Of a DNA stretch of 64,000 nt, positions 20,278-30,283 are shown one piece after another; position 1 is the stretch's first letter, and the number at the start of each line of letters is the position of its first letter. The DNA comes from Candidatus Rokuibacteriota bacterium (GTDB lineage Bacteria; Methylomirabilota; Methylomirabilia; Rokubacteriales; CSP1-6). The notes beneath the pieces were generated by a model. That model ran no database searches and was not told where the DNA came from. It saw only the letters and a program-made list of their open reading frames with translations. A program made the position numbers and the translations under genes. The stretch spans positions 18,580-82,579 of the forward strand of contig QHRX01000007.1 of the NCBI GenBank assembly GCA_003221455.1, read 5' to 3'.

Positions 20278-20352
20278 GCGAGCCGGCGCCGTCACGATAC
20301 CCCGAGAGTCAAATTCTCGCAAGCTGACGGGGGTGTGCTAGCATCCGAAACC

Positions 20353-22251
20353 GTGACACGCCTCGACTCGGCGATTTCGCGCGCCCAGGCGTCTCTCCTC
20401 GGTCGACAGGCCCCCGACGGGCAGTGGGTCGGCGAGCTGGAAGCCGACGCCACCATCACGTCGGAGTTCTTGCTGCTCTGCCATCTCCTCGACCGGGTCA
20501 ACGCCGAGCGCGAGCGCAAGGCCGTCGCCTACCTGCGCCAGCGACAACTCCCGAACGGCGGCTGGAGCCTCTTCGAGGCCGGGCCCGCCGATCTCGCCGC
20601 CACGATCAAGGCCTACTTCGCGATGAAGATGGCGGGGGTCCCACCCGACGACCCTGACCTGGTCCGCGCCCGCGCGGTGGTTCGTGCGATGGGAGGCCCC
20701 TGTCGGGCCAACGTCTTTACGAAGATCCTGCTGGCCCTCTTCGGCGAGTACGACTGGAACGGCGTGCCGGCGATGCCGGTCGAGATCATGCTCTTGCCTC
20801 GCCGCTTCTACTTCAACCTCTACGAGGTCTCGTACTGGTCGCGCACGGTCATCGTACCGCTCCTGATCCTGATGGACCGCAAGCCGGTCAAATGGCTGCC
20901 CGCCGACCGGTCTCTTGACGAGCTCTGGCCCGAGCCGCGCGAGACGGCGAGCCTGCGGCTGCCCCGCCGGCCGGTCCCCTTCAGCGTCCGCGGGCTCCTC
21001 TGGAAGAACTTCTTCATTGCCGTCGACGACGCGCTCAAGATCTGGGAGCGGTTCTCGCCTCGCCCCTTCCGCAAGCGGGCCGTCGAGGCAGCGCGGCTCT
21101 GGCTCGAGGAGCGGCTGGCCGTGCCGGGCGGGCTTGGCGGGATCTTCCCGGCCATGACGAATGCGGTGCTCGCCCTCCGGACCCTCGGCTATCCCGACGA
21201 CCACCCGCTGATCCGGGGCCAGCTCAAGGAGCTCGAGGCCCTCGCCGTGGAGACCGAGGACACGGTCCACTATCAGCCCTGCCCGTCTCCGATCTGGGAC
21301 ACGGGTCTGGCGGTCAACGCCCTGGTCGAGAGCGACCTCGCCCCCGACCATCCCGCGCTTGCCCGCGCCGCCACGTGGCTGCTGGACCGGCAGGTCCTGG
21401 TCCCCGGCGACTGGCAGGTCAAGCGGCCGAACCTCGAGCCAGGCGGGTGGGCGTTCCAGTACCACAACGACTTCTATCCGGACCTCGACGACACCGGGAT
21501 GGTGCTGATGGCGCTCGAGAAGCTCCAGGGTCTCGAACCCGAGCGCCTCCGCTTCGCGCGTGCGCGCGGCCTGGCCTGGTTTCTCGGCATGCAGGGCGCG
21601 GACGGCGGCTGGGGATCCTTCGACGCCGACAACAATCGCCTCGTCCTCAATAACATCCCTTTCGCCGACCACGGGGCCCTGCTGGATCCGTCCACGGAGG
21701 ATCTCACCGGGCGGGGGCTCGAGCTCCTCGGCACCCTTGGCTACGGCCTCGAGCATCCGGCCGCGCGGCCCGCCGTCGACTTCCTCCGGCGTACGCAGAA
21801 CGGCGACGGGGGATGGTACGGCCGCTGGGGGGTCAACTACATCTACGGCACGTGGTCCGTCCTGCGCGGCCTGCGCGCGATCGGCGAGGACATGAGCGCA
21901 CCCTGGGTCCAGCGGGCCGTCCGCTGGCTCGTGGGCCGCCAGAACCGCGACGGGGGCTGGGGCGAGACCTGCGAGAGCTACCGCGACCCCGCGCTTGCCG
22001 GCTGCGGCCCGTCGACGCCGAGCCAGACCGCCTGGGCGCTCCTGGCGCTGTTCGCGGCCGGCGCGACGACCGGCGCCGCCGTGGAGGAGGGCGTCGACTA
22101 CCTTCTCCGGACGCAGCGTCCCGACGGAAGCTGGAGCGACCCGCTCTGGAACGGCACCGGCTTCCCGCGCGTCTTCTACCTCAAATACCACCTCTACGCC
22201 GCCTACTTCCCCCTCTGGGCCCTCGGAGTCTATCGCACGAGCCGGTCATGA
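20353..22251 (+). CDS. shc: squalene-hopene cyclase
   Basis: QW repeats and terpene-cyclase motifs are present (...GGWSLFEAGPADLAATIKAYFAMK..., ...DWQVKRPNLEPGGWAFQYHNDFYPDLDDTGMVLMAL..., ...GSWFGRWGVNYIYGT..., ...GGWGETCESY...). The sequence is collinear with characterised SHC from the TRLDSAIS region onward. The start is a GTG at 20335 or 20353; the listed ORF begins at 20197. Confidence 0.9.
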   Translation: MTRLDSAISRAQASLLGRQAPDGQWVGELEADATITSEFLLLCHLLDRVNAERERKAVAYLRQRQLPNGGWSLFEAGPADLAATIKAYFAMKMAGVPPDDPDLVRARAVVRAMGGPCRANVFTKILLALFGEYDWNGVPAMPVEIMLLPRRFYFNLYEVSYWSRTVIVPLLILMDRKPVKWLPADRSLDELWPEPRETASLRLPRRPVPFSVRGLLWKNFFIAVDDALKIWERFSPRPFRKRAVEAARLWLEERLAVPGGLGGIFPAMTNAVLALRTLGYPDDHPLIRGQLKELEALAVETEDTVHYQPCPSPIWDTGLAVNALVESDLAPDHPALARAATWLLDRQVLVPGDWQVKRPNLEPGGWAFQYHNDFYPDLDDTGMVLMALEKLQGLEPERLRFARARGLAWFLGMQGADGGWGSFDADNNRLVLNNIPFADHGALLDPSTEDLTGRGLELLGTLGYGLEHPAARPAVDFLRRTQNGDGGWYGRWGVNYIYGTWSVLRGLRAIGEDMSAPWVQRAVRWLVGRQNRDGGWGETCESYRDPALAGCGPSTPSQTAWALLALFAAGATTGAAVEEGVDYLLRTQRPDGSWSDPLWNGTGFPRVFYLKYHLYAAYFPLWALGVYRTSRS

Positions 22252-23039
22252 CGACCTGGGCGGCCCGCCCGGTCGACCTCGTCGCGCTCGTCGGCCGGGC
22301 CGCGCTCTCGCTGGTCGCCTCGCTGGGCCGCTTCGGCACCTTCTTCGCGAGCGCGGTCGCGTACGCGGTCACCCCGCCGTTCAAGATGCGCCAGCTCGTG
22401 GGCCGCATCCACTTCATCGGCTACAACTCGCTAGTCATCATCGTCCTCACTGGCGCGTTCACGGGCATGGTGCTGGGCCTCCAGGTCTTCATCACGCTCT
22501 CCCGCTTCGGCTCGGAGGCCTTCCTCGGGCCCGCGGTCGCCCTCTCCCTGATCCGCGAGCTCGGGCCGGTCCTGGCCGCCCTCATGGTGACGGGACGGGC
22601 GGGCTCCGCGCTCACGGCCGAGATCGGCATCATGCGGATCACCGAGCAGATCGACGCGCTCACGGTCATGGCTCTCAACCCGTTCCGTTACCTGGTCGTG
22701 CCGTCCATCGTGGCCGGGATCATCACGTTCCCGCTCATGACGTCGATCTTCGACGTGGTCGGCATCTTCGGCGGCTACCTCGTCGGCGTGAAGCTCCTCG
22801 GCCTCTCCCAGGGCACCTACTTCGGCGAGATGAAGTCCTTCGTCGACCTCGGCGATGTGACGACCGGCGTCTGGAAGTCGCTGTCGTTCGGCGTGCTCGT
22901 CACCTGGGTCTGTACGTACAAGGGCTACCACGTCGGGCACGGCGCCGAGGGTGTGGCGCGAGCGACGACCCAGGCGGTCGTTCTCTGCTCGGTACTGATC
23001 CTCGTGTGGGACTACTTCTTGGGCTCAGTGTTGAAGTGA
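22248..23039 (+). CDS. MlaE-type ABC transporter permease (hopanoid/lipid transport)
   Basis: 263 aa with 5 TM helices. ...LIRELGPVLAALMVTGRAGSALTAEIGIMRITEQIDAL... matches the MlaE/Ttg2B family. Its ATG overlaps the shc stop (ATGA). Confidence 0.85.
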   Translation: MTTWAARPVDLVALVGRAALSLVASLGRFGTFFASAVAYAVTPPFKMRQLVGRIHFIGYNSLVIIVLTGAFTGMVLGLQVFITLSRFGSEAFLGPAVALSLIRELGPVLAALMVTGRAGSALTAEIGIMRITEQIDALTVMALNPFRYLVVPSIVAGIITFPLMTSIFDVVGIFGGYLVGVKLLGLSQGTYFGEMKSFVDLGDVTTGVWKSLSFGVLVTWVCTYKGYHVGHGAEGVARATTQAVVLCSVLILVWDYFLGSVLK

Positions 23040-23782
23040 TCCGGGTCGAGAACCTCCGCAAGTCGTTCGGCGGTCAGCCGGTTCTGAAGGGCGTCAACCT
23101 CGAGGTCAACCGGGGCGAGATCATGATCGTCATCGGTCAGAGCGGCGGGGGTAAGACGGTGCTGCTCAAGCACCTGCTCGGACTCCTCCGCGCCGACGCC
23201 GGACGAATCGTCGTCGCCGGGGTCGACATCACGGAGCTGCGCGGCGAGGCCCTCGACGCCGTCCGCCGCCGCTACGGCGTCGTCTTCCAGGGCGGCGCCC
23301 TGTTTGACTCGATGAGCGTGTTCGACAACGTCGCCTTTCCGCTTCGGGAGCGGACCGCCCTCGGCCGAGCCGAGATCGCGGAGCGCGCCAACGCCAAACT
23401 CGAGCAGGTCGGCCTCGGCGGTATGGGCGAGAAGAACCCCGCCGAGATCTCGGGCGGCATGCGCAAGCGCGTCGCGATTGCCCGCGCGCTCGTGACGGAG
23501 CCGGAGATCGTCTTCTTCGACGAGCCCACCACGGGCCTCGACCCTGTCCTCGTCAACACGATCCACGGCCTGATCGTCGATCTCCACGCGAAGTTCGCCT
23601 TCACGGCCGTGATGGTGAGCCACGAGATCCCCGAGATCTTCAAGATCGCGCAGAAGGTGGCGATGCTGTACGACGGCCGGATCGTCGAGGCGGGACCGGC
23701 GGAAGCGATCCAGAACTCACCCAATCCGGTCATCCAGCAGTTCATCCGCGGCGATCCCGAAGGTCCGATTCACCTCCGATAG
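23036..23782 (+). CDS. MlaF-type ABC transporter ATP-binding protein
   Basis: Walker A is GQSGGGKT, the signature is ISGGMRKRVAIARAL and Walker B is IVFFDEPT. Its GTG start overlaps the permease stop (GTGA). Confidence 0.85.
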   Translation: MIRVENLRKSFGGQPVLKGVNLEVNRGEIMIVIGQSGGGKTVLLKHLLGLLRADAGRIVVAGVDITELRGEALDAVRRRYGVVFQGGALFDSMSVFDNVAFPLRERTALGRAEIAERANAKLEQVGLGGMGEKNPAEISGGMRKRVAIARALVTEPEIVFFDEPTTGLDPVLVNTIHGLIVDLHAKFAFTAVMVSHEIPEIFKIAQKVAMLYDGRIVEAGPAEAIQNSPNPVIQQFIRGDPEGPIHLR

Positions 23783-23815
23783 GGCGCGGGCGAGCCAGGT
23801 CGGGACGGAGGATAG

Positions 23816-24259
23816 ATGATGGGGCGGTCACGCGTCGAGGTAGCGGTCGGAGTCTTCGTGATCCTGGGCATCTTGGCATTGGGATATCTTTCGGTTAAAC
23901 TCGGCCGCGTCGAGTTCTTCGGCGGTGGCGGCTACCCGGTCATCGCGAATTTCCCCTCGGTCGGCGGCCTGAAGGTCGGTTCGAGCGTGGAGATCGCGGG
24001 GGTCGAGGTCGGGCGCGTCGACAAGATCCGCCTCGTGAACGACGAGGCTCAGGTGGTGCTCGTCATCAATCGGGGCGTCAAGCTGCCAGAGGACTCCATC
24101 GCCTCGATCAAGACGAAGGGTCTGATCGGCGAGAAGTACATCCGCATCAGCCCCGGCGGTTCGGAGCGGATCGTCGGGCCGAACGGCCGGATCCGCGAGA
24201 CCGAGGCGCCCGTCGATCTCGAGGAGCTGCTCGCGAAGTATATCTTCGGCAAAGTCTAG
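23816..24259 (+). CDS. MlaD-type MCE-domain substrate-binding protein
   Basis: 147 aa. An N-terminal TM helix is followed by an MCE domain (...VIANFPSVGGLKVGSSVEIAGVEVGRVDKI...). Confidence 0.8.
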   Translation: MMGRSRVEVAVGVFVILGILALGYLSVKLGRVEFFGGGGYPVIANFPSVGGLKVGSSVEIAGVEVGRVDKIRLVNDEAQVVLVINRGVKLPEDSIASIKTKGLIGEKYIRISPGGSERIVGPNGRIRETEAPVDLEELLAKYIFGKV

Positions 24260-24554
24260 CGGGCTTGCGCATGCGATGGGGGCGGCCGGGAATCGCCGTT
24301 GCGCGTGGCGAGGGTGAGTCCGCTCGGGCTCAGCGCGGGCGACGGGGGACGGCGCTGACGAACTCCGACGCCTTCACAGAACCTGGCTGACGCCTCACGA
24401 GCGGCCGCGAGGTCGCCGGCCGGTACGGCCTCGCGTGCTCGGCGACCGGATGGGCGTGCCCGGCTCGAGAACGCCGCCGGCCGTCGTCTCGACGGGATTT
24501 GGCCTATCCTCATCAGGGAGAGGACCCAGCTATGGACACGGCGGAGGTGACCCG

Positions 24555-25193
24555 ATGATGCGCCGACGCGGCGCGCTCGTCGGCGTGGTGGTGGTGGCCG
24601 CGCTCTTGGTCGGGCGGGCCGCCTTCGCGGGGCCGCCGACCGACCAGCTCAGGACCCACATCGACCGTGTGGTCAAGACGCTCGAGGATTCCGCCGTGAA
24701 GGGCGACGACAAGGCCCTCGAGCGGCGGCGGCAGGTGCGGGCGATCGCCAACGACATCTTCGACTGGGCGGAGACGGCCCGGCGCGCGCTGGCCCGCCAC
24801 TGGCAGAAGCTGACGGACGGCCAGCGCGAGGAGTTCGTCAAGCTGTTCGGCGATCTCCTGGAACGAGCGTACATCTCGAAGATCGAGCTGTACGGCGGGG
24901 AGAAGATCCAGTACGCCGGCGAGAGCGTCGACGGCGATCTCGCCAGCGTCCGGACCAAACTCATCACCAAGCAGGGCACGGAAGTACCGATCGAGTACCG
25001 GATGATGCGCCGGGGCGACCGATGGTTGGTGTACGACGTCGTCATCGAGAGCGTGAGCCTCATCAGCAATTACCGGACCCAATTCAACCGGATCATCCAG
25101 ACCTCCTCCTACCAGGAGCTCGTCAGGAAGATGAAGACCAAGCAGGAGGAGTTCCAGTACGAGGAGGCCAAACAGAAGCGCAGCACGTCGTAG
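24555..25193 (+). CDS. MlaC/Ttg2D-family periplasmic lipid-binding protein (HpnM-like)
   Basis: Start is at MMRRRGALVGVVVVAALLV, a signal peptide preceded by a GGAGGTGA ribosome-binding site. The toluene-tolerance family pattern is ...RHWQKLTDGQREEFVKLFGDLLERAYISKIE.... I trimmed the listed ORF 24435..25193. Confidence 0.7.
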   Translation: MMRRRGALVGVVVVAALLVGRAAFAGPPTDQLRTHIDRVVKTLEDSAVKGDDKALERRRQVRAIANDIFDWAETARRALARHWQKLTDGQREEFVKLFGDLLERAYISKIELYGGEKIQYAGESVDGDLASVRTKLITKQGTEVPIEYRMMRRGDRWLVYDVVIESVSLISNYRTQFNRIIQTSSYQELVRKMKTKQEEFQYEEAKQKRSTS

Positions 25194-25270
25194 CGCCCGC
25201 GGCCGCGGAGAGACCACGGGCCCCGCCGGATGCCGGGCCCGAGAATCCCTGGGGTTCCGAGCGGCCCCGG

Positions 25271-26683
25271 CTAGCGGTGCGCGAGGAAGCGGAAGAACTC
25301 GACCCCTTCCCGCAACCGCCGCCGCATCATCTCCGGGCTCTTCACCATCTCCGAGACGAGCGAGGCGACCTTGCCCGGTCGGAAGTAGAAGCGCTTGTAG
25401 AAAGTCTCCACGGAGTCGAAGATCTCGGTGTGCGGCAGGTGCGCGTAGCTGAGCGCACTGACCTGCACCCCGCGGGCGTTCACGAGCGCCTGGCCGTCGT
25501 TCTGCAGCCAGCCGTTCTCTACTGCCTCCCGGTGCATCGAGGTGCCGGGATAGGGCGCGGCGATCGAGACCTGGATCGTGTGCGGATTGATCTCCCGCGC
25601 GTAGCGGATCGTCTCCTCGATCGTCTCCCGCGTCTCGCCGGGAAGGCCAAGGATGAAGGTCCCGTGAATTGTGATGCCGAGCTCGCGGCAGTCCCGCGTG
25701 AACTTACGGGCGATGTCGAGCCGGAGTCCCTTCTTGATATTGTTGAGGATCTGCTGGTTGCCCGACTCGTAGCCCACGAGGAGGAGCCGCAGGCCGTTGT
25801 CCCGCATCACCCTGAGCGTCTCGTAGGGGACGTTGGCCTTCGCGTTGCACGACCAGGTGACGCCGAGCTTGCCGAGACGCCTGGCGATGACCTCGGCCCG
25901 GGGCAGGTCGTCGGTGAACGTGTCGTCGTCGAAGAAGTATTCCTTCACGTGCGGGAAGTACGTCGTGGCCAGCGCGATCTCGTCCGCCACGTGGTCAGGC
26001 GTGCGGGTCCGGTAGCGATGCCCCCCGACGGTCTGCGGCCAGAGGCAGAAGGTGCACTTCGACCGGCAGCCGCGGCCGGTGTAGAGGGAGACGTAGGGGT
26101 GCAGCAGGTAGCCGATGAAGTAGTCCTCGACCCTGAGGTCGCGCTTGTAGACGTCCACCACGAATGGCAGCCGGTCCATGTCCTCGAGCGTGGCGCGCTC
26201 GCGGTTGTGGAGGATGCGCCCATCCGTGCGATAGCTGAGCCCGTCGACGGCGGACAGCGGGCGGCCCTCCGCCACCTCCCGGATCGTGAAGTCGAACTCG
26301 TTACGGGCGACGAAGTCGATCGCCTCCGAGGCCCGGAGCGACGCCTCCGGCGCCACCGCCACGTGCGCGCCCACGAACCCGACCAGGAGCCGGGGGTTCA
26401 TGTTCTTCAAGGCCTCGGCCACGCGGACGTCCGAGGCAAACGATGGCGTGCTCGTGTGCAAGACGCAGACCTCGTAATCCTTGGCGAGCGGCAGGACCCG
26501 CGCGAGCGTGATCCCCGCGGGGGGGGCGTCGATGAGCCGGCTGCCGGGAACAAGCGCGGCAGGCTGGGCGAGCCAGGTGGGATACCAAAACGAGCGGATC
26601 TCCCGCCTCGCCTGGTATCGCGAACCCGCTCCTCCGTCGAAGCCCTCGAAGGAGGGCGGGTGCAGAAACAGCGTCTTCAGCAT
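25271..26683 (-). CDS. hpnJ: B12-binding radical SAM protein, HpnJ-like
   Basis: 470 aa. An N-terminal B12-binding-like domain is followed by the radical SAM motif CRSKCTFC. It lies immediately downstream of the GT2 gene, as in hpnI-hpnJ operons. Confidence 0.7.
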   Translation of the reverse strand: MLKTLFLHPPSFEGFDGGAGSRYQARREIRSFWYPTWLAQPAALVPGSRLIDAPPAGITLARVLPLAKDYEVCVLHTSTPSFASDVRVAEALKNMNPRLLVGFVGAHVAVAPEASLRASEAIDFVARNEFDFTIREVAEGRPLSAVDGLSYRTDGRILHNRERATLEDMDRLPFVVDVYKRDLRVEDYFIGYLLHPYVSLYTGRGCRSKCTFCLWPQTVGGHRYRTRTPDHVADEIALATTYFPHVKEYFFDDDTFTDDLPRAEVIARRLGKLGVTWSCNAKANVPYETLRVMRDNGLRLLLVGYESGNQQILNNIKKGLRLDIARKFTRDCRELGITIHGTFILGLPGETRETIEETIRYAREINPHTIQVSIAAPYPGTSMHREAVENGWLQNDGQALVNARGVQVSALSYAHLPHTEIFDSVETFYKRFYFRPGKVASLVSEMVKSPEMMRRRLREGVEFFRFLAHR

Positions 26684-27837
26684 GAGTGATGTCCCCCGTT
26701 CGCCGACATCCGACCGTCAGACGCCACGGCAAACTTCCGGCCGCCCCAGTGGACGGTACGCCCCCAGAAACTCGCGACCCACACCACGAAACAGAGGACG
26801 TCTCGGAGCGGCACGAGCCAGGCGCGGCCGGGTTCGCGCAGGCCGAGGCTCGCTCGGACCGTGTAGTGGACGCCGAGCCGCAACACCAGCGCTCCGCCCG
26901 CGACCACCGCGCCCAGGATACTCAAGGATGATACCAGTAGATACGCGCCGGACAATAGAAGGGAATGGGTGACCAGAGACATCGCGTGACCGAGCGGCTG
27001 GGCCGTCCGGATCGTCCGTGCCCACCGGAGCTCGTGGGTGAAGAGTGTTCGGAAGTCCGGCTCCCAGACCGAGTTTTCGACGACGCAGGGGGCGAGGGCC
27101 ACCCGGAGGCCCCGCCGGTTCATGAAGACGCCCAGCATGTAGTCGTCGGCGAGGTAGGGGCCCAGGGCCGCAAACCCCCCGATCGCCTCGAGGGCCTCCC
27201 GCCGCACGGCCATGGTCGCGCCCAGGCAGAAGCGGTCCGGCTGGAGCGACCGCGCCACCAGGACCGAGGGCAGGAACCAGTCGTTGATGAACATCGCCCC
27301 GAGCACGGCCCACAAGCCGCCCGTGGCGCGTCCGGCGTAGAGACACGTGACCACTCCGACCGCGGGGTCCCGGAGGGGCCCGACGACGCTGCCGAGGTAG
27401 CTCTGGTCGACCCGCATGTCGCTGTCGGCGATGACCAGGAGGTCGTGTTTCGCCGCACCGTACATGTTGGCGAGGTTACTGACCTTGAGGTTGGTGCCGA
27501 TCACCCGGTCGTCCACGACGAGGGCAAGGTCGCGCCCAGGCAGGTCGCGCATGACCCGCTCCGCGACCGCGATCGCGGGGTCCTGCGGGTCGCGCACCCC
27601 GAAGACGACCTGAAACTCGGGGTAGTCTTGCTCGCAGAAGGAGCGGAGGTTCTCGTAGAGCCCCGGTTCCGCGCCCCTGAGCGGCTTGAGCACGGTGACG
27701 GGCGGCCCGGCGGCGGCCCGCGGCCGCTGCCGGGCGAACGCGCGGACCCGGGCGAGGGCGAAGACCGCGTACGCGAGGGAGAAGAGGCTAGCCGCGAGCA
27801 GAAGCGGGGAAAGGACCGAAAGCCGCGCCCCGAGCAC
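26677..27837 (-). CDS. hpnI: family 2 glycosyltransferase, HpnI-like
   Basis: 386 aa. The N-terminal TM helix is followed by a GT-A fold with a DxD motif (...IADSDMRVD...), and a C-terminal multi-TM region follows. It overlaps hpnJ by 7 nt. Confidence 0.7.
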   Translation of the reverse strand: MLGARLSVLSPLLLAASLFSLAYAVFALARVRAFARQRPRAAAGPPVTVLKPLRGAEPGLYENLRSFCEQDYPEFQVVFGVRDPQDPAIAVAERVMRDLPGRDLALVVDDRVIGTNLKVSNLANMYGAAKHDLLVIADSDMRVDQSYLGSVVGPLRDPAVGVVTCLYAGRATGGLWAVLGAMFINDWFLPSVLVARSLQPDRFCLGATMAVRREALEAIGGFAALGPYLADDYMLGVFMNRRGLRVALAPCVVENSVWEPDFRTLFTHELRWARTIRTAQPLGHAMSLVTHSLLLSGAYLLVSSLSILGAVVAGGALVLRLGVHYTVRASLGLREPGRAWLVPLRDVLCFVVWVASFWGRTVHWGGRKFAVASDGRMSANGGHHSC

Positions 27838-27842
27838 GGCCT

Positions 27843-29120
27843 ATGCTAGCGTTACGGGGTATGCGTGTCCACGATATTCTTGCGCTCGCCGCCCCGGTTC
27901 TGCTCCTTTGGGTGGCCGGACCGGGCCCGGCCGCCGCCCACAGCTCGGCCCAGGTCGCCTCGACCCCGCCGGCGCCGGTGGCGGCGGCGGCGGCCGCGTC
28001 CGGCCTCCCCCCGGAGGCGGTGCTGGCGGCGGTGCGGCAGGCGACGGCGACGTACCTCGACATCGAGAAGGCGCGGGCCGACGGCTACGTCCAGATCAGC
28101 GGCATGGAAACCAACCATGGCGTCCACTTCTTGAACGTAAACGCGCAGATGCTCTCGGCGGCCGCCGGCCTGTTCTCGGCGGGCCGCGTGCTCGCGTCCC
28201 CCCCGATGCTGATCTACGTCCCGACGCGCGACGGACGCTGGCAGCTCGCCGCCGCCGAATACGCGCTGCCGTCGTCCAGGCTCGACACGAATCCCTTCCC
28301 GGGGGCGGCCTGGAGCGAGCACGAGGCGAGCTGCCACTACCGGGACTACCGGGAGCTCCCCGCCCCGGCGCCCGCGAGCTGCCCGAAGGTCCACCCCGTG
28401 AGCGGGGCTCCATTCGTGCTCTTCCATCCGAAGCTCGCCATCGTGCACGTGTGGGCGTGGTACCCGAACCCCCGCGGGGTCTACGCCGACCAGAATCCGT
28501 ACCTGGCGCCGTACGGCGGCGTCGGCACCCCCGAGCACCATCACGGCGCCATCCGCAGCGGCCCCGAGATCGCGTACTCCGAATTCAACCACCGCTCGTC
28601 CGGCGTCTTCCTGCTGGTGATCGCCGCCGTCGCGTTCTGGCAGGCGCGCGGCCCGCGCCGCCGCGCGTGGTCCGCCGCCAGCGCGGCGCTCTGGGTCGCC
28701 TTCGGCGTGTACCTCTTCGTCCGCAGCGATCCCGAGGCGTGGCCGTGGGGACCACTCGGGCTTCGGGAGAGCCTCGGCGATACCGAGGTCCTCCAGCACA
28801 AGCTCCTGACGCTGATCCCGATCGCGATCGGCCTGGCCGAGGCGCTCTACGGCGGCGGCGTGGCCAGGCGGCGGCCGAGCCTCTGGCTCGTGTCCGCGCT
28901 GGCGCTCGTGGGCGGCGTCGGCCTGTTCCTGCACTTCCATGAAGGCCGGCTGCATCTCGACTGGATTTACGCGCAGCACGCGGCCATGGGGCTGGCCAGC
29001 TTCGCCGCGGGCGTAGCGCTCCTGCTGTCGCGCCGCGCCGGACCGGGTTCGCGGCTGCACCTGCTCTGGCCCACGGTCCTCGTCTTGATGTCGGTCGTGC
29101 TCCTCTTCTACACCGAGTAG
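27843..29120 (+). CDS. hypothetical membrane protein (N-terminal periplasmic domain plus C-terminal multi-helix domain)
   Basis: The signal peptide reads [22 protein letters not shown]. It precedes a soluble domain of about 230 aa and 4-5 C-terminal hydrophobic helices. I recognise no family. Confidence 0.45.
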   Translation: MLALRGMRVHDILALAAPVLLLWVAGPGPAAAHSSAQVASTPPAPVAAAAAASGLPPEAVLAAVRQATATYLDIEKARADGYVQISGMETNHGVHFLNVNAQMLSAAAGLFSAGRVLASPPMLIYVPTRDGRWQLAAAEYALPSSRLDTNPFPGAAWSEHEASCHYRDYRELPAPAPASCPKVHPVSGAPFVLFHPKLAIVHVWAWYPNPRGVYADQNPYLAPYGGVGTPEHHHGAIRSGPEIAYSEFNHRSSGVFLLVIAAVAFWQARGPRRRAWSAASAALWVAFGVYLFVRSDPEAWPWGPLGLRESLGDTEVLQHKLLTLIPIAIGLAEALYGGGVARRRPSLWLVSALALVGGVGLFLHFHEGRLHLDWIYAQHAAMGLASFAAGVALLLSRRAGPGSRLHLLWPTVLVLMSVVLLFYTE

Positions 29121-29177
29121 CGGCCGGCCGGCGGGGGCGGGCCGGCCCCGTGGTACACTGGCGCATTCAAAACCACC

Positions 29178-29184
29178 TAAGGAG
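29178..29184 (+). promoter_or_regulatory. Shine-Dalgarno sequence AAGGAGG for ino1
   Basis: CCTAAGGAGGCACCCC lies 7 nt upstream of the in-frame GTG at 29192. This argues against the listed upstream start at 29150. Confidence 0.5.
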
Positions 29185-29191
29185 GCACCCC

Positions 29192-30268
29192 GTGGCATCG
29201 GCCGTTCGCGTCGCGATCATCGGAGTCGGCAACTGTGCATCCGCCCTCGTTCAGGGCGTCCAGCACTACCGGGGCGCGCCGGACTCGGCGTTCATCCCCG
29301 GGCTCATGCACCCGCGGCTCGGCGACTACCACGTCGGTGACATCGAGTTCTCGGCGGCCTTCGACATCGATGCGCGCAAGGTCGGCCGGGATCTCTCGGA
29401 GGCGATCTTCACGCCGCCGAACAACACGGTGCGCTTCGCCACGGTGCCCCCCCTCGGCGTCGCCGTCCAGCGAGGGATGACGCACGACGGGCTCGGCCAC
29501 TACCTGTCCCAGCTGATCACACGCGCGCCGGGTTCGACGGCCGACATCGTGGGAATCCTCCGCGACACGGGCACGCAGGTCGTCGTCAACTTCCTTCCCG
29601 TCGGCAGCGAGATGGCGACCAAGTGGTACGTCGAGCAGATCCTCGACGCCGGTTGTGGGTTCGTCAACTGCATCCCGGTCTTCATCGCGCGGGAGGCCTA
29701 CTGGCGACGGCGCTTCGAGGAGCGCGGGCTGCCCGTCGTCGGCGACGACGTGAAGTCGCAGGTCGGCGCCACCATCGTGCACCGCGTGCTCACGCGCCTG
29801 TTCATGGAGCGGGGCGTGCGGCTCGAGCGGACGAGCCAGCTCAACGTCGGCGGCAACACCGACTTCTACAACATGCTCGAGCGCGAGCGTCTGGCGTCGA
29901 AGAAGACCTCGAAGACCGACGCTGTCCGCTCCCAGCTCACGCACGACCTCGAGGCCGACAACGTCCACATCGGCCCGAGCGACTTCGTCCCCTGGCTCGA
30001 GGACCGGAAGTGGGCCCACATTCGGCTCGAGGGGCGAGGGTTCGGAGACCAGCCGCTCACTATCGAGCTGAAGCTGGAAGTGTGGGACTCCCCCAACTCG
30101 GCGGGCGTGGTGATCGACGCGATCCGCTGCTGCCGGCTCGCGCTCGACCGCGGGCTGAAGGGCGCGCTCCTCGCGCCCTCCGCCTACTTGATGAAATCCC
30201 CGCCGGAGCAGTGGCCGGACGCCCTCGCGCGGGAGCGCCTCGAGCGGTTCATCAGCGGTGAGGATTAG
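29192..30268 (+). CDS. ino1: myo-inositol-1-phosphate synthase (inositol-3-phosphate synthase)
   Basis: [22 protein letters not shown]..., ...[17 protein letters not shown]..., ...[17 protein letters not shown].... This is the archaeal/actinobacterial short MIPS type. Confidence 0.85.
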   Translation: MASAVRVAIIGVGNCASALVQGVQHYRGAPDSAFIPGLMHPRLGDYHVGDIEFSAAFDIDARKVGRDLSEAIFTPPNNTVRFATVPPLGVAVQRGMTHDGLGHYLSQLITRAPGSTADIVGILRDTGTQVVVNFLPVGSEMATKWYVEQILDAGCGFVNCIPVFIAREAYWRRRFEERGLPVVGDDVKSQVGATIVHRVLTRLFMERGVRLERTSQLNVGGNTDFYNMLERERLASKKTSKTDAVRSQLTHDLEADNVHIGPSDFVPWLEDRKWAHIRLEGRGFGDQPLTIELKLEVWDSPNSAGVVIDAIRCCRLALDRGLKGALLAPSAYLMKSPPEQWPDALARERLERFISGED

Positions 30269-30283
30269 GTCGGGCCCCGTCGG

